Assembly (NCBI GenBank): GCA_038087875.1
Contig: CM075997.1
Span: forward strand, 8,620,001 to 8,684,000
From: Malacoraja senta
Taxonomy: Eukaryota
DNA: 64,000 bases
Direction: 5' to 3'
Under the pieces are notes generated by a model. The model did no database searches. It was not told the DNA's origin and saw only the letters and a list, made by a program, of their open reading frames with translations. Numbering within the stretch: the first letter of the stretch is position 1; each line of letters starts with the position of its first letter. Position numbers and translations under genes: made by a program. Positions 13,301-23,924 of this stretch are shown one piece after another.

Positions 13301-15013
13301 TGAATAGGTACCTTGGATCTGTCTTCACTAAGGAAGACACAAACAATCTCCCAGATGTACTGGAGGGCAGAGGATCCAAGGGGGTAGAGGAACTGAAAGA
13401 AATTTTCATTAGGCGAGAAATAGTATTGGGTAGGGTAATGGGACTGAAGGATGATAAATCCCCTGGGCCTGATGGTCTGCATCCCAGGGTCCTCAGGGAG
13501 GTGGCTTTAGAAATAGTGATCATTTTCCAATGTTCAATAGATTCAGGATCAGTTCCCGTCGATTGGAGTTAATGTTATCCCACTTTTCAAGAAAGGAGAG
13601 AGAGAAAACGGGGAATTACAGACCAGTTAACCTGACCGGTGGTGGGAAAGATACTGGAATCAATTAATAAAGAGGTAATAATGGGGCATTTGGATAGCAG
13701 TAAAAGGATTAGTCCAAGTCAACATGGATTTATGAAAGGGAAATCATGCTTGACCAATCATCTGCAATTTTTTGAGGATGTGACAAGTAAAATGAATGAA
13801 GAGGTGCCAGTGGATGTAGTGTATCTAGACTTTCAGAAAGCCTTTGATAAGGTCCCGCACGGGAGACTGGTGACTAAAATTAGAGCACATGGTATTGGGG
13901 GTAGGGTGTTGAAATGGATAGAAAATTGGTTGGCAGACCTGAAGCAAACAGTACGAGTGAACGGGTCCTTTTCAGTATGGCAGGCAGTGGCGAGTGGAGT
14001 GCCGCAAGGCTCGGTGTTGGGGCTGCAACTGTTTACCATATATATTTATGATTTGGAAGAGGGAATTAGGAGCAACACTAGCATGTTTGCGGATGAAACA
14101 AAGCTGGGTGGCAGTGTGAACTGTGAAGAGGATGTTAGGAGGTTGCAGGATGACCTGGACAGGTTGAGTGAGTGGGCAGATACGTGGCAGATGCAGTATA
14201 ATATAGATAAATGTGAGGTTATCCACTTTGGCGGCAAAAACAAGGGGGCAGATTATTATCTCAATGGGGTTAGGTTAGGTAAGTGGGAGGTGCAGCGAGA
14301 CCTGGGCGTTCTTGTACACCGGTCACTGAAAGTTGGCTTACAGGTACAGCAGGCAGTGAAGAAAGCTAATGGAATGTTGGCCTTCATAACAAGAGGATTT
14401 CAGTATAGGAGTAAAGAGGTTCTTCTGCAGTTGTATAGGGCTCTGATGAGACCACATCTGGAGTATTGTGTACAGTTTTGGTCTCCTAATTCGAGGAAGG
14501 ACATCCTTGTGATTGAGGCAGTGCAGCGTAGGTTCATGAGATTGATCCCTGGGATGGCGGGACTGTCATATGAGGAAAGATTGAAAAGATTAGGCTTGTA
14601 TTCACTGGAGTTTAGAAGTTTAGATCTTATAGAAACATATAAAATTATAAAAGGACTGGACAAGCTAGATGCAGGAAAAATGTGCCCAAAGTTGGGCGAG
14701 TCCAGAACCAGGGGCCACAGTCTTAGAATAAAGGGGAGGTCATTTAAGACTGAGGTGAGAAAAAACTTTTTCACCCAGAGTTGTGAATTTATGGAATTCC
14801 CTGCCAGACGGCAGTGGAGGCCAAGTCACTAGATGGATTTAAGAGAGAGTTAGATAGAGCTCTAGGGGCTAGTGGAGTCAAGGGATATGGGGTGAAGGCA
14901 GGCACGGGTTATTGATAGCGGACTATCAGCCATGATCACAATGAATTGCGGTGCTCGCTCGAAGGGCCGAATGGCCTCCTCCTGCACCTAATTTCTATGT
15001 TTCTATGTTTCTA
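10360..15013 (+). mobile_element. Near full-length decayed CR1 subfamily A (ORF1 esterase part plus ORF2), interrupted by L1
   Basis: ORF1 VVGDSIVR..CLPGARI..HVGTND (SGNH esterase); ORF2 EN motifs (NARS, ITETW, YRPP, MGDFN) and RT (13639-14832); TTCTATGT tail. Confidence 0.95.
12187..13198 (-). mobile_element. 5'-truncated L1-clade LINE (ORF2 C-terminus, 3' UTR, A-rich tail)
   Basis: Cys-rich CDKC..H..C motif and KKLILKFWK..P..W C-terminus; 11-bp TSD TTAGATATGTT (12176-12186 / 13199-13209); TGTT/AA target. Confidence 0.85.
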
Positions 15014-15670
15014 AGCTGTCCCCGTCCCCCGGATACATTATGCTCCCACCGGCCCCCGCCTGACGCCATCCCCGACCCCAGCTGTAGGACGCGTCCCCCT
15101 CACCCGACTGCAGGACGCTCCCCGACAGCCCCCCCGCCTGAAACTGTCCCCCTCCCCCGGCTCCAGATCGATCCCCAGCGGCCCCCGCCTGAAGCCGTCC
15201 ACGTCCCCCGCTACATGACACTCCCTCCGGCCCACGCCTGAAGCCGACTCCCTCCTCCGGCTACAGGATGCTCCCGCTGGTCCCTGCCTGAAGCTGTCCA
15301 CAGCTGCAGGACACTCCACCCCGCCCCCAACGGCCCCCACCTGAAGCCGTCCCATCCCCAGCTGCAGGTCGCTCCCCCACCGGCCCCCGCCTGCAGGCAT
15401 CCCCGTCCCCAATTGCAGAATGCCCCCCACCGGCCCCCGCCTGAAGCCGTCCTGTCCCCAGCTGCAGGTTGGTCCCCGCCTTAAGCTGGTGGGGAGTGGC
15501 AGCGGTAGGCTACGGCGGCAGTAGGCCACGGCAGCGCCCCTCCCCTCCCCTTCGGCCCCCGACATGCCCCGCCTGAAGCCGTCCCCTCCCCAGCTGCAGG
15601 ATGCTCCCCCTCCCCCACCGGCCCCTGACAGCCCCCGCCTGAAACCGTCCCCCTCCCCCGGCTTCAGAAC
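15014..15670. repeat. GC-rich minisatellite, ~55-60-bp unit (CCGGCCCCCGCCTGAAGCCGTCCC..GCTGCAGG)
   Basis: Tandem units; related copies at ~10290-10360 and 17400-17770. Confidence 0.85.
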
Positions 15671-15706
15671 GCAACAAGAGACGCAACAAGAAAGAATGGA
15701 CTGAAT

Positions 15707-17260
15707 ATATAATAATAATAATGCATTTTATTTATGGGTGCCTTTCAGAATACTCAAGGACATCTTAGTTAAAACAAGCAAATTACAAATTAAAATGAAA
15801 TAAAAACAACATATCCATGAATTTGATAGAGTGGAGTTACGTGGGTTAGGCCAGCCTCAATAGGTGAGTTTTGAGGGAGGTTTTAAAGGTGGGGAGAGAC
15901 TCTATGGTACGGATGGATAGTGGGAGAGTTCCAGAGGTGAGGGGCAGAACGGCTGAAGGCTCTGAACCCCATCGTAGACAAGCGGGCAGATGGAGTGGAG
16001 AGCAGGGAGGAAGAAGAGGATCGGAGAGTTCGGGATGGAGTGTAAGGCTGGAGGAGTTCAGAGAGGTATGGAGGAGCGAGATTGTGGAGGGCTTTGAAAG
16101 TGAGGAGAAGCTTAAAATCAAGGCGGTATTTGACAGGAAGCCAGTGCAGTTGTTTGAGGATGGGAATGATGTTTGGTGGATGGGCTTCTGGTGATAATGC
16201 GGGCAGCTGAGTTCTGGACCCATTGGAGTTTATGGATGGACTTGTGGGGTAAACCAGAGAGGAGAGAGTTACAATCATCAATACGGGAGGTGACGAGGGC
16301 ATGGATGAGAGTAGCAGTGCTGTTAGGTGTGAGTGATGGACGAAGACGGTGGATAGTGCGTAGGTGGAAGTAAGCAGACCGAGTGAGATTATTGATGTGT
16401 TTTTCAAAAGTGTGCTATCAAGGATGACACCGACTTTTGACCTGAGGGGAAGGAGGGACTATGGAATTGTCAACGGTGAGTGAGAAATTGGGACATTTAG
16501 ATTGGGTGGATTTGGAGCCAACAATGAGAATTTCAGTTTTGTCACTGTTGAGTTTGTCAAAGTTGTGAGCAAACCAGGTTTTAATTTCCACTAAGCAGTC
16601 AGACAGGGAAGAGGGAGGAAGCATGGAAGTGGGTTTGGAGGACAGGTAGAGCTGGGTGTCATCCGCGTAGCAGTGAAATTGAATGTTGTATTTCCTGACA
16701 ATAAAACCAAGGGGAAGTAAATAAATTATAAAAAGGAGGGGCCCTAGGACTGAGCCCTGGGGAACACCACTGGTGACTGGGGAGGGTTGTGATTGGACAT
16801 TTTGTACAAACTGCGTGCGGCCAGAGAGGTATGATGTGAACCAGGTGAGTGATGTGTTGATGATACCAATGGAGGCTAGACGGTCGAGGAGGATGTTGTG
16901 AGACATGCTGTCGAAGGTAGCAGTCAAATCAAGGAGGATGAGTATGGTGAGAAAACCGGTCGGCAGCCACCAGCAGGTCGTTGGTGACCTTGACTAATGC
17001 TGTTTCTGTGCTATAGAGGGCGATAACCAGATTGAAATTGTTCATAGAGGTTATTGCTGATGAGATGAGTGTGAACCTGTGCAGCAACTGTTTTTTCTAG
17101 TATTTTAGAGATAAATGGCAAATTGGAGATTGGTCGGAAATTATTTAGATTGTTGGGATTTGCAACGGGTTTCTTAAGTACTAGAGTTATTGCAGCGGTT
17201 TTGAGAGAGGAAGGAACATGAGCAGAAATAAGGGAGGAGTGGATGATGTTAGTTATGAAT
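15707..17260 (-). mobile_element. L2 LINE RT fragment with 3' end
   Basis: [52 protein letters not shown]; (ATT)n tail. Confidence 0.9.
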
Positions 17261-17399
17261 CTTTAAATCTCATCTTTAACGTTTAATTTGTTGTTATATT
17301 TTAAGTTATTCACATTTTAAGCTTTAATAAATCCAATGGGCGGGAATGGTTGCGCCGCCAGAGAGCCGCGAAGTGGATGGGTGAGGGGGGATGGATTGA

Positions 17400-17770
17400 G
17401 TGCAGGATGCTCCCCCCCCCCCCCGCCCGGACAGCCCCCGCCTGAAGCCGTCCCTCTCCCCCGGCTGTAGGAAGCTCCCATCCCTACCGGCCCCCGACAG
17501 CCCCCGCCTGAAGCCGTTCCCCTTCCACAGCTGCAGGTCCCTGAGCTGGGGACGGCTTCAGGCGGGGGCCGGTGAGGGGGGGAGAGCATTCTGCAGCTGG
17601 GGATGGGACGGCTTCAGGTGGGGGCCGGTGAGGGGGCAGCGTCCTGCAGCGGGGGAGGGGGGCGGCTTAAGGAGGGGAGTCGGAGCCCCTCCCCCGGCTG
17701 CATGTGCTCCCCCCACTGGCCCCCGACAGCGCCCGCCTGAAGCCGTCCCCTCACCCGGCTGCAGAATGCA
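17400..17770. repeat. Second block of the ~55-60-bp minisatellite, with an inverted segment at ~17543-17685
   Basis: Units read as GGGACGGCTTCAGGCGGGGGCCGG (reverse complement) in the middle. Confidence 0.8.
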
Positions 17771-17843
17771 CCAAGAGACGCAACAAAAAAGAATGGATTG
17801 AATAAATCTCATCTTTAATGTTTAAATTGTTGTTATATTTTAA

Positions 17844-18073
17844 GACAGAGAGTGGTGAATCTCTGGAACTCTCTGCCATAGAAGGTAGTTGAGGCCAGTT
17901 CATTGGCTATATTTAAGAGGGAGTTAGATGTGGCCCTTGTGGCTAAAGGGATCAGGGGGTATGGAGAGAAGGCAGGTACTGGATACTGAGTTGGATGATC
18001 AGCCATGATCATATTGAATGGCGGTGCAGGCTCGAAGGGCCGAATGGCATACTCCTGCACCTATTTTCTATGT
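17844..18073 (+). mobile_element. CR1 subfamily B 3' tail fragment
   Basis: Matches 26881-27110. Confidence 0.9.
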
Positions 18074-18455
18074 AAGAGTTATTCATATTTTAAGCTTTAA
18101 TAAAACCCTTTTCCACTGGCCGTGCCTGTCAGCTGCACCTGCGCAGTAATACCTGCGTGTTCTACGTCACAATGGGAACCCAATGGGCGGGAATGGCTGC
18201 GCCGCCAGAGAGCCGCGAAGAGTGGATGGGGAGGATGGAGTGAGTGCGTGGGGGGGGGGGAAGGGCAAAGGTGGCGTGGGAGGGAGGTGTGGGGAGGGGG
18301 GATCAGGGGTGTCACAGTGGGAACCCGTCAGCTGTGCCAGCACAGTTAGTGGCTATTGCATTGGGGGAACGGGTAGCATTGGGGGAACGGGTGAGTGGTG
18401 GAATATTGCGTTTGGGAATGGGTTGCGTTGGGGGACCAGGCCTCCCCGTGTGACA

Positions 18456-18483
18456 GGGACCCAACGGGTCCCACTTAGTCTAT
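18456..18483 (+). mobile_element. Possible Helitron 3' terminus
   Basis: 7-bp GC hairpin GGGACCC-AAC-GGGTCCC followed 7 nt later by CTAT (consensus CTRR, one mismatch). Confidence 0.4.
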
Positions 18484-19399
18484 AACAAGCCACAAGTTTC
18501 TATCAGCAGAGATAAGCAATGTTCATCATTGAAGGCTGAAATGGCTTAAAATAGTGAGGATTGGTGAATAGACTGAAACAAAATGTAACATTGTTTACTA
18601 ACAAAAAAGTATGTTGTGCAGTGTGTATAATAATTGCCCTTTTTCTTCTGCAACATTGGTGACTGCTGCATTGGAAAAAGGTGACAGTGTTCACTAGGAT
18701 TTGACCACAATTGAATCAATGGATCTTATTTTGTACAGCTAATCAATTATATGTCAGTCATACCTTGCAGTACAAATTATTAGTCTCTTCATAAAGTCGA
18801 GAGTGGGCATGTTGCTATAGAAACTCCTCAGAGGAACGACCCTTGTAGGAAAGGAAACATTTCCTAATCTAGCCATGATCACATTGAATAGGCCAAATGG
18901 CCTACTCCTGCACCTATTGTCTATTGTCTAATCAAATCCATTAAACAAATAAAATGCAACAGTGGCCAAACAATATTGCCAAGTGCAGGAACTATCTTTG
19001 AAGTAGTGGGGAGGTGTCCGACTGCCCTACAGCTACAGATATGCATGGAGGCGAAAATAATTTCTTATTTCTAAAGATGGTTGGCATTTTCTTTCATTAT
19101 TGATAGCACAACATTAATTCTGAAAAATTCCGATGAACACATTCAGGTCAGGATAAACTTGCTGTATTTGTTACTTAAGGCACAAATGCTTCAAGTTTTA
19201 TTTATTTTTTAACTTTTAAATGCCTTTATGTTTTTGGGCCAGTGGCAACGAGCTAGTACTGTGAGCAGTCGGCTGTGTGCAGCTTTAGCTCACTTTAGCA
19301 TTTTCACTTGGGTACAGTATGAATGAGAAGATGCTGGTACTGTTGATTGTCCGCTCCTCGACAGGGCCCAGGAGGACTTAGATTAGGAACACTTCTCCA

Positions 19400-19805
19400 T
19401 CCGTTTCCCACCACAGATGGCTGACCTGCTGAGTTCTACCGGCACTTTGGAGGGGAATGGACAGGTGACGTGTCGGGTCTGGACCCTTCTTTGGACTGAT
19501 GGAGTCGGGGGGGAAAGCTAGAAAAAACAGATGGGGTCGAGATGAACTCCAGGACTTGATTAGAAGGGGGGGGGGGGGAGTGTCTCCTTAATTTGGAGAA
19601 TTCTATGTTCATGTCATTGGGCTGTAAGCTATGAGGTGCTGTTCCTCCAGTTTGCGTGTCACCTCATTCTGGTAATGGAGGAGGCCCAGGACAGAAAGAT
19701 CAGTGTGGGAGTGAGAAGGGGACTTAAAATGGTTGGCAACCGGGAGATTCAGCAGGCCTTGGTGGACCGAGCGCAGGTGTAGGGTGAAATGCAGGCCTAG
19801 TCTAG
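19400..19805 (-). mobile_element. Penelope-like element 3' fragment: GIY-YIG endonuclease C-terminal part plus decayed pLTR
   Basis: RLG..F..HLRSV..LPVANHF.SPSHSHTDLSVLGLLH.Q.E.TRKLEEQHLI; downstream degenerate ..AGAAGGGTCCAGACCCGACACGTCACC motif shared with other pLTR pieces. Confidence 0.8.
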
Positions 19806-19811
19806 ATACAA

Positions 19812-20690
19812 GGAGAGTGCGTATGTGAGAGTACATGTGTGAGAGAGTGCATGTGAGAGAGAGTGCGTGTGTGTGAGAGAAAGTGTGTGTGCGAGTGCGA
19901 ATGAGAGTGCGTGTAAGAGTGCGTGTGCGAGAGTGCGTGTGTGAGTGTGTGTGAGAGAGTGCGTGTGAGAGATTGCGTGTGTGAGAGTGCGTGTGTGAGA
20001 ATGCGTGTGTGAGAATGCATGTGTGTGTGCGAGAGTGCGTGTGAGTGTGTGTGAGTGCGTGTGCGAGAGAGTGCGTGTGTGAGAGTGTGTGTGAGAGAGT
20101 GCATGTGTGAGAGATTGCGTGTGTGAGAGTGCGCATGAGAGTGCATGTGCGAGAGTGCGTGTGTGAGTGCGTGTGAGTGTGTGTGCGAGAGAGTGCGTGT
20201 GAGTGTGAGTGTGTGTGAGAGAGTGCATGTGTGAGAGAGTGCGTGTGTGTGAGTGCATGTGTGAGAATGCGTGTGTGAGTGCGTGTGCGAGTGCGTGAGT
20301 GTGTATTCGAGAGTGTGTGAGGGAGAGGGAGTTTGTGTGAGAGCAAGAGAGGGAGAGGGTGTGTGCATGAGAGAGCAAGAGAGAGAGGGAGTGGGTGTGT
20401 GAGTGTGAGAGAGGGACAGAGACAGGGGGTGTGGAAGGGGGATGGAGGAGACGTGGGGAGGGGGGAAGCTATTTATTTCTGCATGGGAGAGGCACTGGAG
20501 GAAAGGGGTGTGGAGGGTGTGTGTGAGAGAGATAGGGAGCAAGAGAGGGAGTGTGTGAGAGAGAAAGGGGCGTGGGAGGGTGGGGTGAAGAATGAGGGGA
20601 GGGGGAGAGTGTGGGGAGGGGGGAGAGAGAATGGAGGGAGCGAGTTTGGGGAGGGGGAGAGAGAGGGGACTGATGTGGAGGCATTGGGGA
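19812..20690. repeat. (GT/GA) compound microsatellite followed by a purine-rich low-complexity tract
   Basis: GAGAGTGCGTGTGT-type units. Confidence 0.95.
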
Positions 20691-20694
20691 AGGT

Positions 20695-21637
20695 CAGTGT
20701 GGACTCGCTGGTACTCCAGCAGGTGGTCAAGCCGGGTGAAGCCCTTACCACAGGACGGGCAGGGGAAGGGACGCTCACCGCTGTGGGTACGCCAGTGCTG
20801 CCACAGGCTGGACTTGCGGAAGAAACCCTTGCCACTCTCAGCGCACACAAAGGGTCTCTCTGGTGTGTATCCGCTGGTGCTCCCACAGCCCCCGTGCGCT
20901 CTTGAAATGCTTGCCGCAGTGGGAGCAGCCGCTCGCCGGCGTGGGTCCCGCCGGTGCTGCCGCAATCCCCGCGAGCTGTCAAAAGCCTCACCGCAGTACG
21001 GGCAGTCATAGGGCTGGCCACTGGTGTGTATGCGCTGGTGAGACAAGGCGTGGGAGGCCATGGCAAAGCGCTACTTACACACCGGGCTGGGGACGGGACA
21101 GTCGGTAGCGTGCACCCGCTGGTGGGACAGCAGGCTGGAGGAGCGGGTGTAGCCCTTGCCGCACTGGGCGCAGGTGAAGGGGCGCTCGCCGGTGTGGGTG
21201 CGCTGGTGTTCCAGCAGGCTGTAGGAGCAGGTGAAGCCCTTGCCGCAGTCGCTGCAGGTGTAGGGCCGCTCCCCGGTGTGCAGGCGTTTGTGCACCTTCA
21301 GGTGCATGGACAACTTGAAACCTTTGCCACAGTCGGAGCAGGTGAAGGGCCGCTCACTGCTGTGCACCCGCCGGTGCACCCACAGCCCCGACGACTGGGC
21401 AAAGCTCTTGCCACAGATGGTGCAGCCATAGGGCTTCTCGCCCGTATGCACTCGTCGGTGGACCTTCAGTTGATGCGCCATCTTGAAGTCCTTGCCGCAG
21501 TCGGAGCAGTCGAAGGGGCGTTCTCCCGAGTGCACCCGCCGGTGGGTCTCCAGCAGGCTCGGGAACGGACACGCCTTGCCACACACGTCGCACTCATAAT
21601 GCTTCTCCTTGTTATGCCCCGCCAAGTGGTCCTCCAT
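20695..21637 (-). pseudogene. Tandem C2H2 zinc-finger gene copy 1, probably disabled (188-aa ORF 21071-21637 with 6 intact fingers)
   Basis: CxxC-x12-HxxxH fingers with TGE(R/K)P linkers; TAG at 21071-21073 followed by further fingers with frameshifts; upstream acceptor ..CTCCTGCAG at 21772-21773. Confidence 0.8.
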
Positions 21638-21949
21638 CGAAGCTCAGACTCTCAAAGCTCAGCCCGTACACCGAGCAGATGGGGGGGGGGGGGGGGCTCA
21701 CCGGCACCCTGGCCGCCCTCGATGGCCGCTCACGTCCCCGTCTCTCCGTCCACAGCAACAGCTCCTAAACCCTGCAGGAGGGGAACACAGAAGGTCAACA
21801 AGCTGGCAAACAGGACATTACTATCGTGTGAACATTACTAGTGCTTGAAGGGGGAAAGGGGAAGGGGGGAGTGGGTGAGGGGGGAAGAGTGGGGTTCGAG
21901 GGGTGTGGGGGGAAGGGGTGAGTGGGGGGAAGGAGTGAGTGAGTGGGGT

Positions 21950-22080
21950 GGGGGGGGGGAGCCGCACCGATCTGGGGATGCCGAGCATCCGGGAACCGCG
22001 TCGCGCTGCATGTCCACTGTCGTGACGTCAGCTGCATGCACGGACAACCGCCGCCCTGAAGTCACCGCCAATCCCAGGGA
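21950..22080 (-). promoter_or_regulatory. Putative promoter and first exon of ZNF copy 1
   Basis: TGACGTCA at 22023-22030; TGAAGTCA-CCG-CCAAT at 22057-22072; CpG-rich; homologous to the regions upstream of the other ZNF copies. Confidence 0.55.
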
Positions 22081-22592
22081 ACAACATAGGCGCTGCACCA
22101 CGGCCTTAAACCGATAGGGGGCGCTGCACCTCCTGCATCAAACAGGAAATTAGAAACCGATAGGGGGCGCTGCACCTCCTGCTACCAGGGGGCGCTGCAG
22201 TCAGAGGACCAGAGACGGTGCGCCGCGGCCACCCGCCGCCTGGAGGGAGCATCATTCAGAGGACTAGAGGCGCTGCACCGAGCCCGTCAATAGACAGGGG
22301 TCGCTGCAGACAGAGAAACAAAGACGGTGCCAGGTAGACTCTACAGTTGGAAGACCAGAGGGCGCACGGACCTTCCTCACGCACTCACATTCACCCCCTC
22401 CCCCCGTTCCCGACTGCTCCTCGGGTCGCCGGCCGCAGGATCATCTTCGGGAAGGGATGAGGGGGTGGGAGAAGGACACGAGACCAGCGATCAGGTCCCG
22501 CCACCTCCCTCCCCCCACTGATGGGCAGCGCCAGCGGCCAATGGGACCACGTCCGGCCTCCCCAATATGACGCAGTGTATCCCCAATATGAC

Positions 22593-22814
22593 ACAGAGGC
22601 TCGAGAGCCGTTGGAGCAGTCACAGAGGGAGGAGCTACACCCAAGCGGTAGTAGTTAAAGTGGAGCGCGGGGCTTGTTCCTTACAGAGGCTCGAGAGCCG
22701 TTGGAGCGGTCGCAGAGGGAGGAGCTACACCTGAGCGGTAGTAGTTAAAGTGGAGCGCGGGGCTTGTTCCTTACAGAGGCTCGAGAGCCGTTGGAGCGGT
22801 CGCAGAGGGAGGAG
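22593..22814 (+). repeat. 90-bp tandem monomers (~2.5 copies) at the CR1 5' end
   Basis: ACAGAGGCTCGAGAGCCG recurs at 22593, 22683 and 22773. Confidence 0.9.
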
Positions 22815-23000
22815 GAACCGAAATCTGTAACGTTCCAAGTTCCACTCGCACTTCAAAAACACTTCAAAAACAAGTGGGCTTAAGGAAGCCGCTGATTGGT
22901 GGAAGCAGACAAGAGGGAGCAGCTGATTGGGAGTCAGATCCCTGCTGATTTTACTGTATTGTAGCAGTTTGTTTTGTATTGTATCCTAGGTAAGGGGAGT

Positions 23001-23924
23001 ATGAGGGCTAGGGCAGTTTACTGTTCTGGATGTCAGATGTGGGAAGTCATGGAGTCTGATAGCCCTCCAGACGTCCACATCTGCACCAGGTGTATCGAGA
23101 TGGGGCTCCTAAGGGATCGTATTAGGAACCTGGAGCAGCAGCTCGATGACCTCCGTCTGGTCAGGGAGAGCGAGGAAGTCATTGAGAGGAGTTACAGGGA
23201 GGTGGTCACTCCAAGACCACAGGAGGCAGGCAAGTGGATCACGGTTGGGAGAGGCAAGGGGCACAGGCAGGGACTAGAGAGTACCCCGGTGGCTGTACAC
23301 CTTGACAATAAGTACTCCTGTTTGAGCACTGTTGGGGGGGACAGCCTACCTGGGGGTAGCGACAGCGGCCGGGCCTCTGGTACAGAGACCGGTCCTGTTG
23401 CTCAGAAGGGTAAGGAAAAGAAGAGGAGGGCAATACTAATAGGGGATTCTTTAGTTAGGGGGTCAGACAGGCGATTCTGTGGACGCAGTCGGGAGACCCG
23501 GATGGTAGGTGCCAGGGTCTGTGATGTGTCTCAACGTGTCCAAGATATCCTGAAAGGGGAGGGAGAGGAGCCCGAGGTCGTGGTACATATAGGTACCAAT
23601 GACATAGGTAAAAAAAGAGAAGAGGTCCTGAAAGGAGAATTTAGGGAGTTAGGAGGGGAGTTAAAGAGTAGGACAGCAAAGGTAACAATCTCGGGATTAC
23701 TGACTGTGCCACGCGACAGTGAGAGTAGGAATGGAGCGAGGTGGAGGATAAATGCGTGGCTGAAGGACTGGTGCAGAGGGCAGGGATTCAAATTTCTGGA
23801 TCATTGGGACCACTTTTGTGGAAGGTGCGACCTGTACAAAAAGGATGGGTTGCACTTGAACCTGAGGGGGACCGATATCCTGGCGGGGAGATCTGCAAAG
23901 GCTACTGGGGAGACTTTAAACTAG
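23001..23924 (+). CDS. CR1 ORF1p: CxxC/CxxC zinc finger, leucine zipper and SGNH/GDSL esterase domain
   Basis: ATG at 23001; CSGC..CTRC, LRDRIRNLEQQL, IGDS, GTND, DGLHLN; frame open. Confidence 0.85.
   Translation: MRARAVYCSGCQMWEVMESDSPPDVHICTRCIEMGLLRDRIRNLEQQLDDLRLVRESEEVIERSYREVVTPRPQEAGKWITVGRGKGHRQGLESTPVAVHLDNKYSCLSTVGGDSLPGGSDSGRASGTETGPVAQKGKEKKRRAILIGDSLVRGSDRRFCGRSRETRMVGARVCDVSQRVQDILKGEGEEPEVVVHIGTNDIGKKREEVLKGEFRELGGELKSRTAKVTISGLLTVPRDSESRNGARWRINAWLKDWCRGQGFKFLDHWDHFCGRCDLYKKDGLHLNLRGTDILAGRSAKATGETLN

Noticed and set aside
19609..21061. Long His/Thr/Ser-rich ORFs (245-419 aa)
   Set aside because: Translations of the GT/GA microsatellite and purine tract; only the ends are real (ZNF and GIY-YIG remnants)
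20954..21841. 295-aa + strand ORF and similar ORFs at 56-57.8 kb
   Set aside because: Antisense shadows of GC-rich zinc-finger codons
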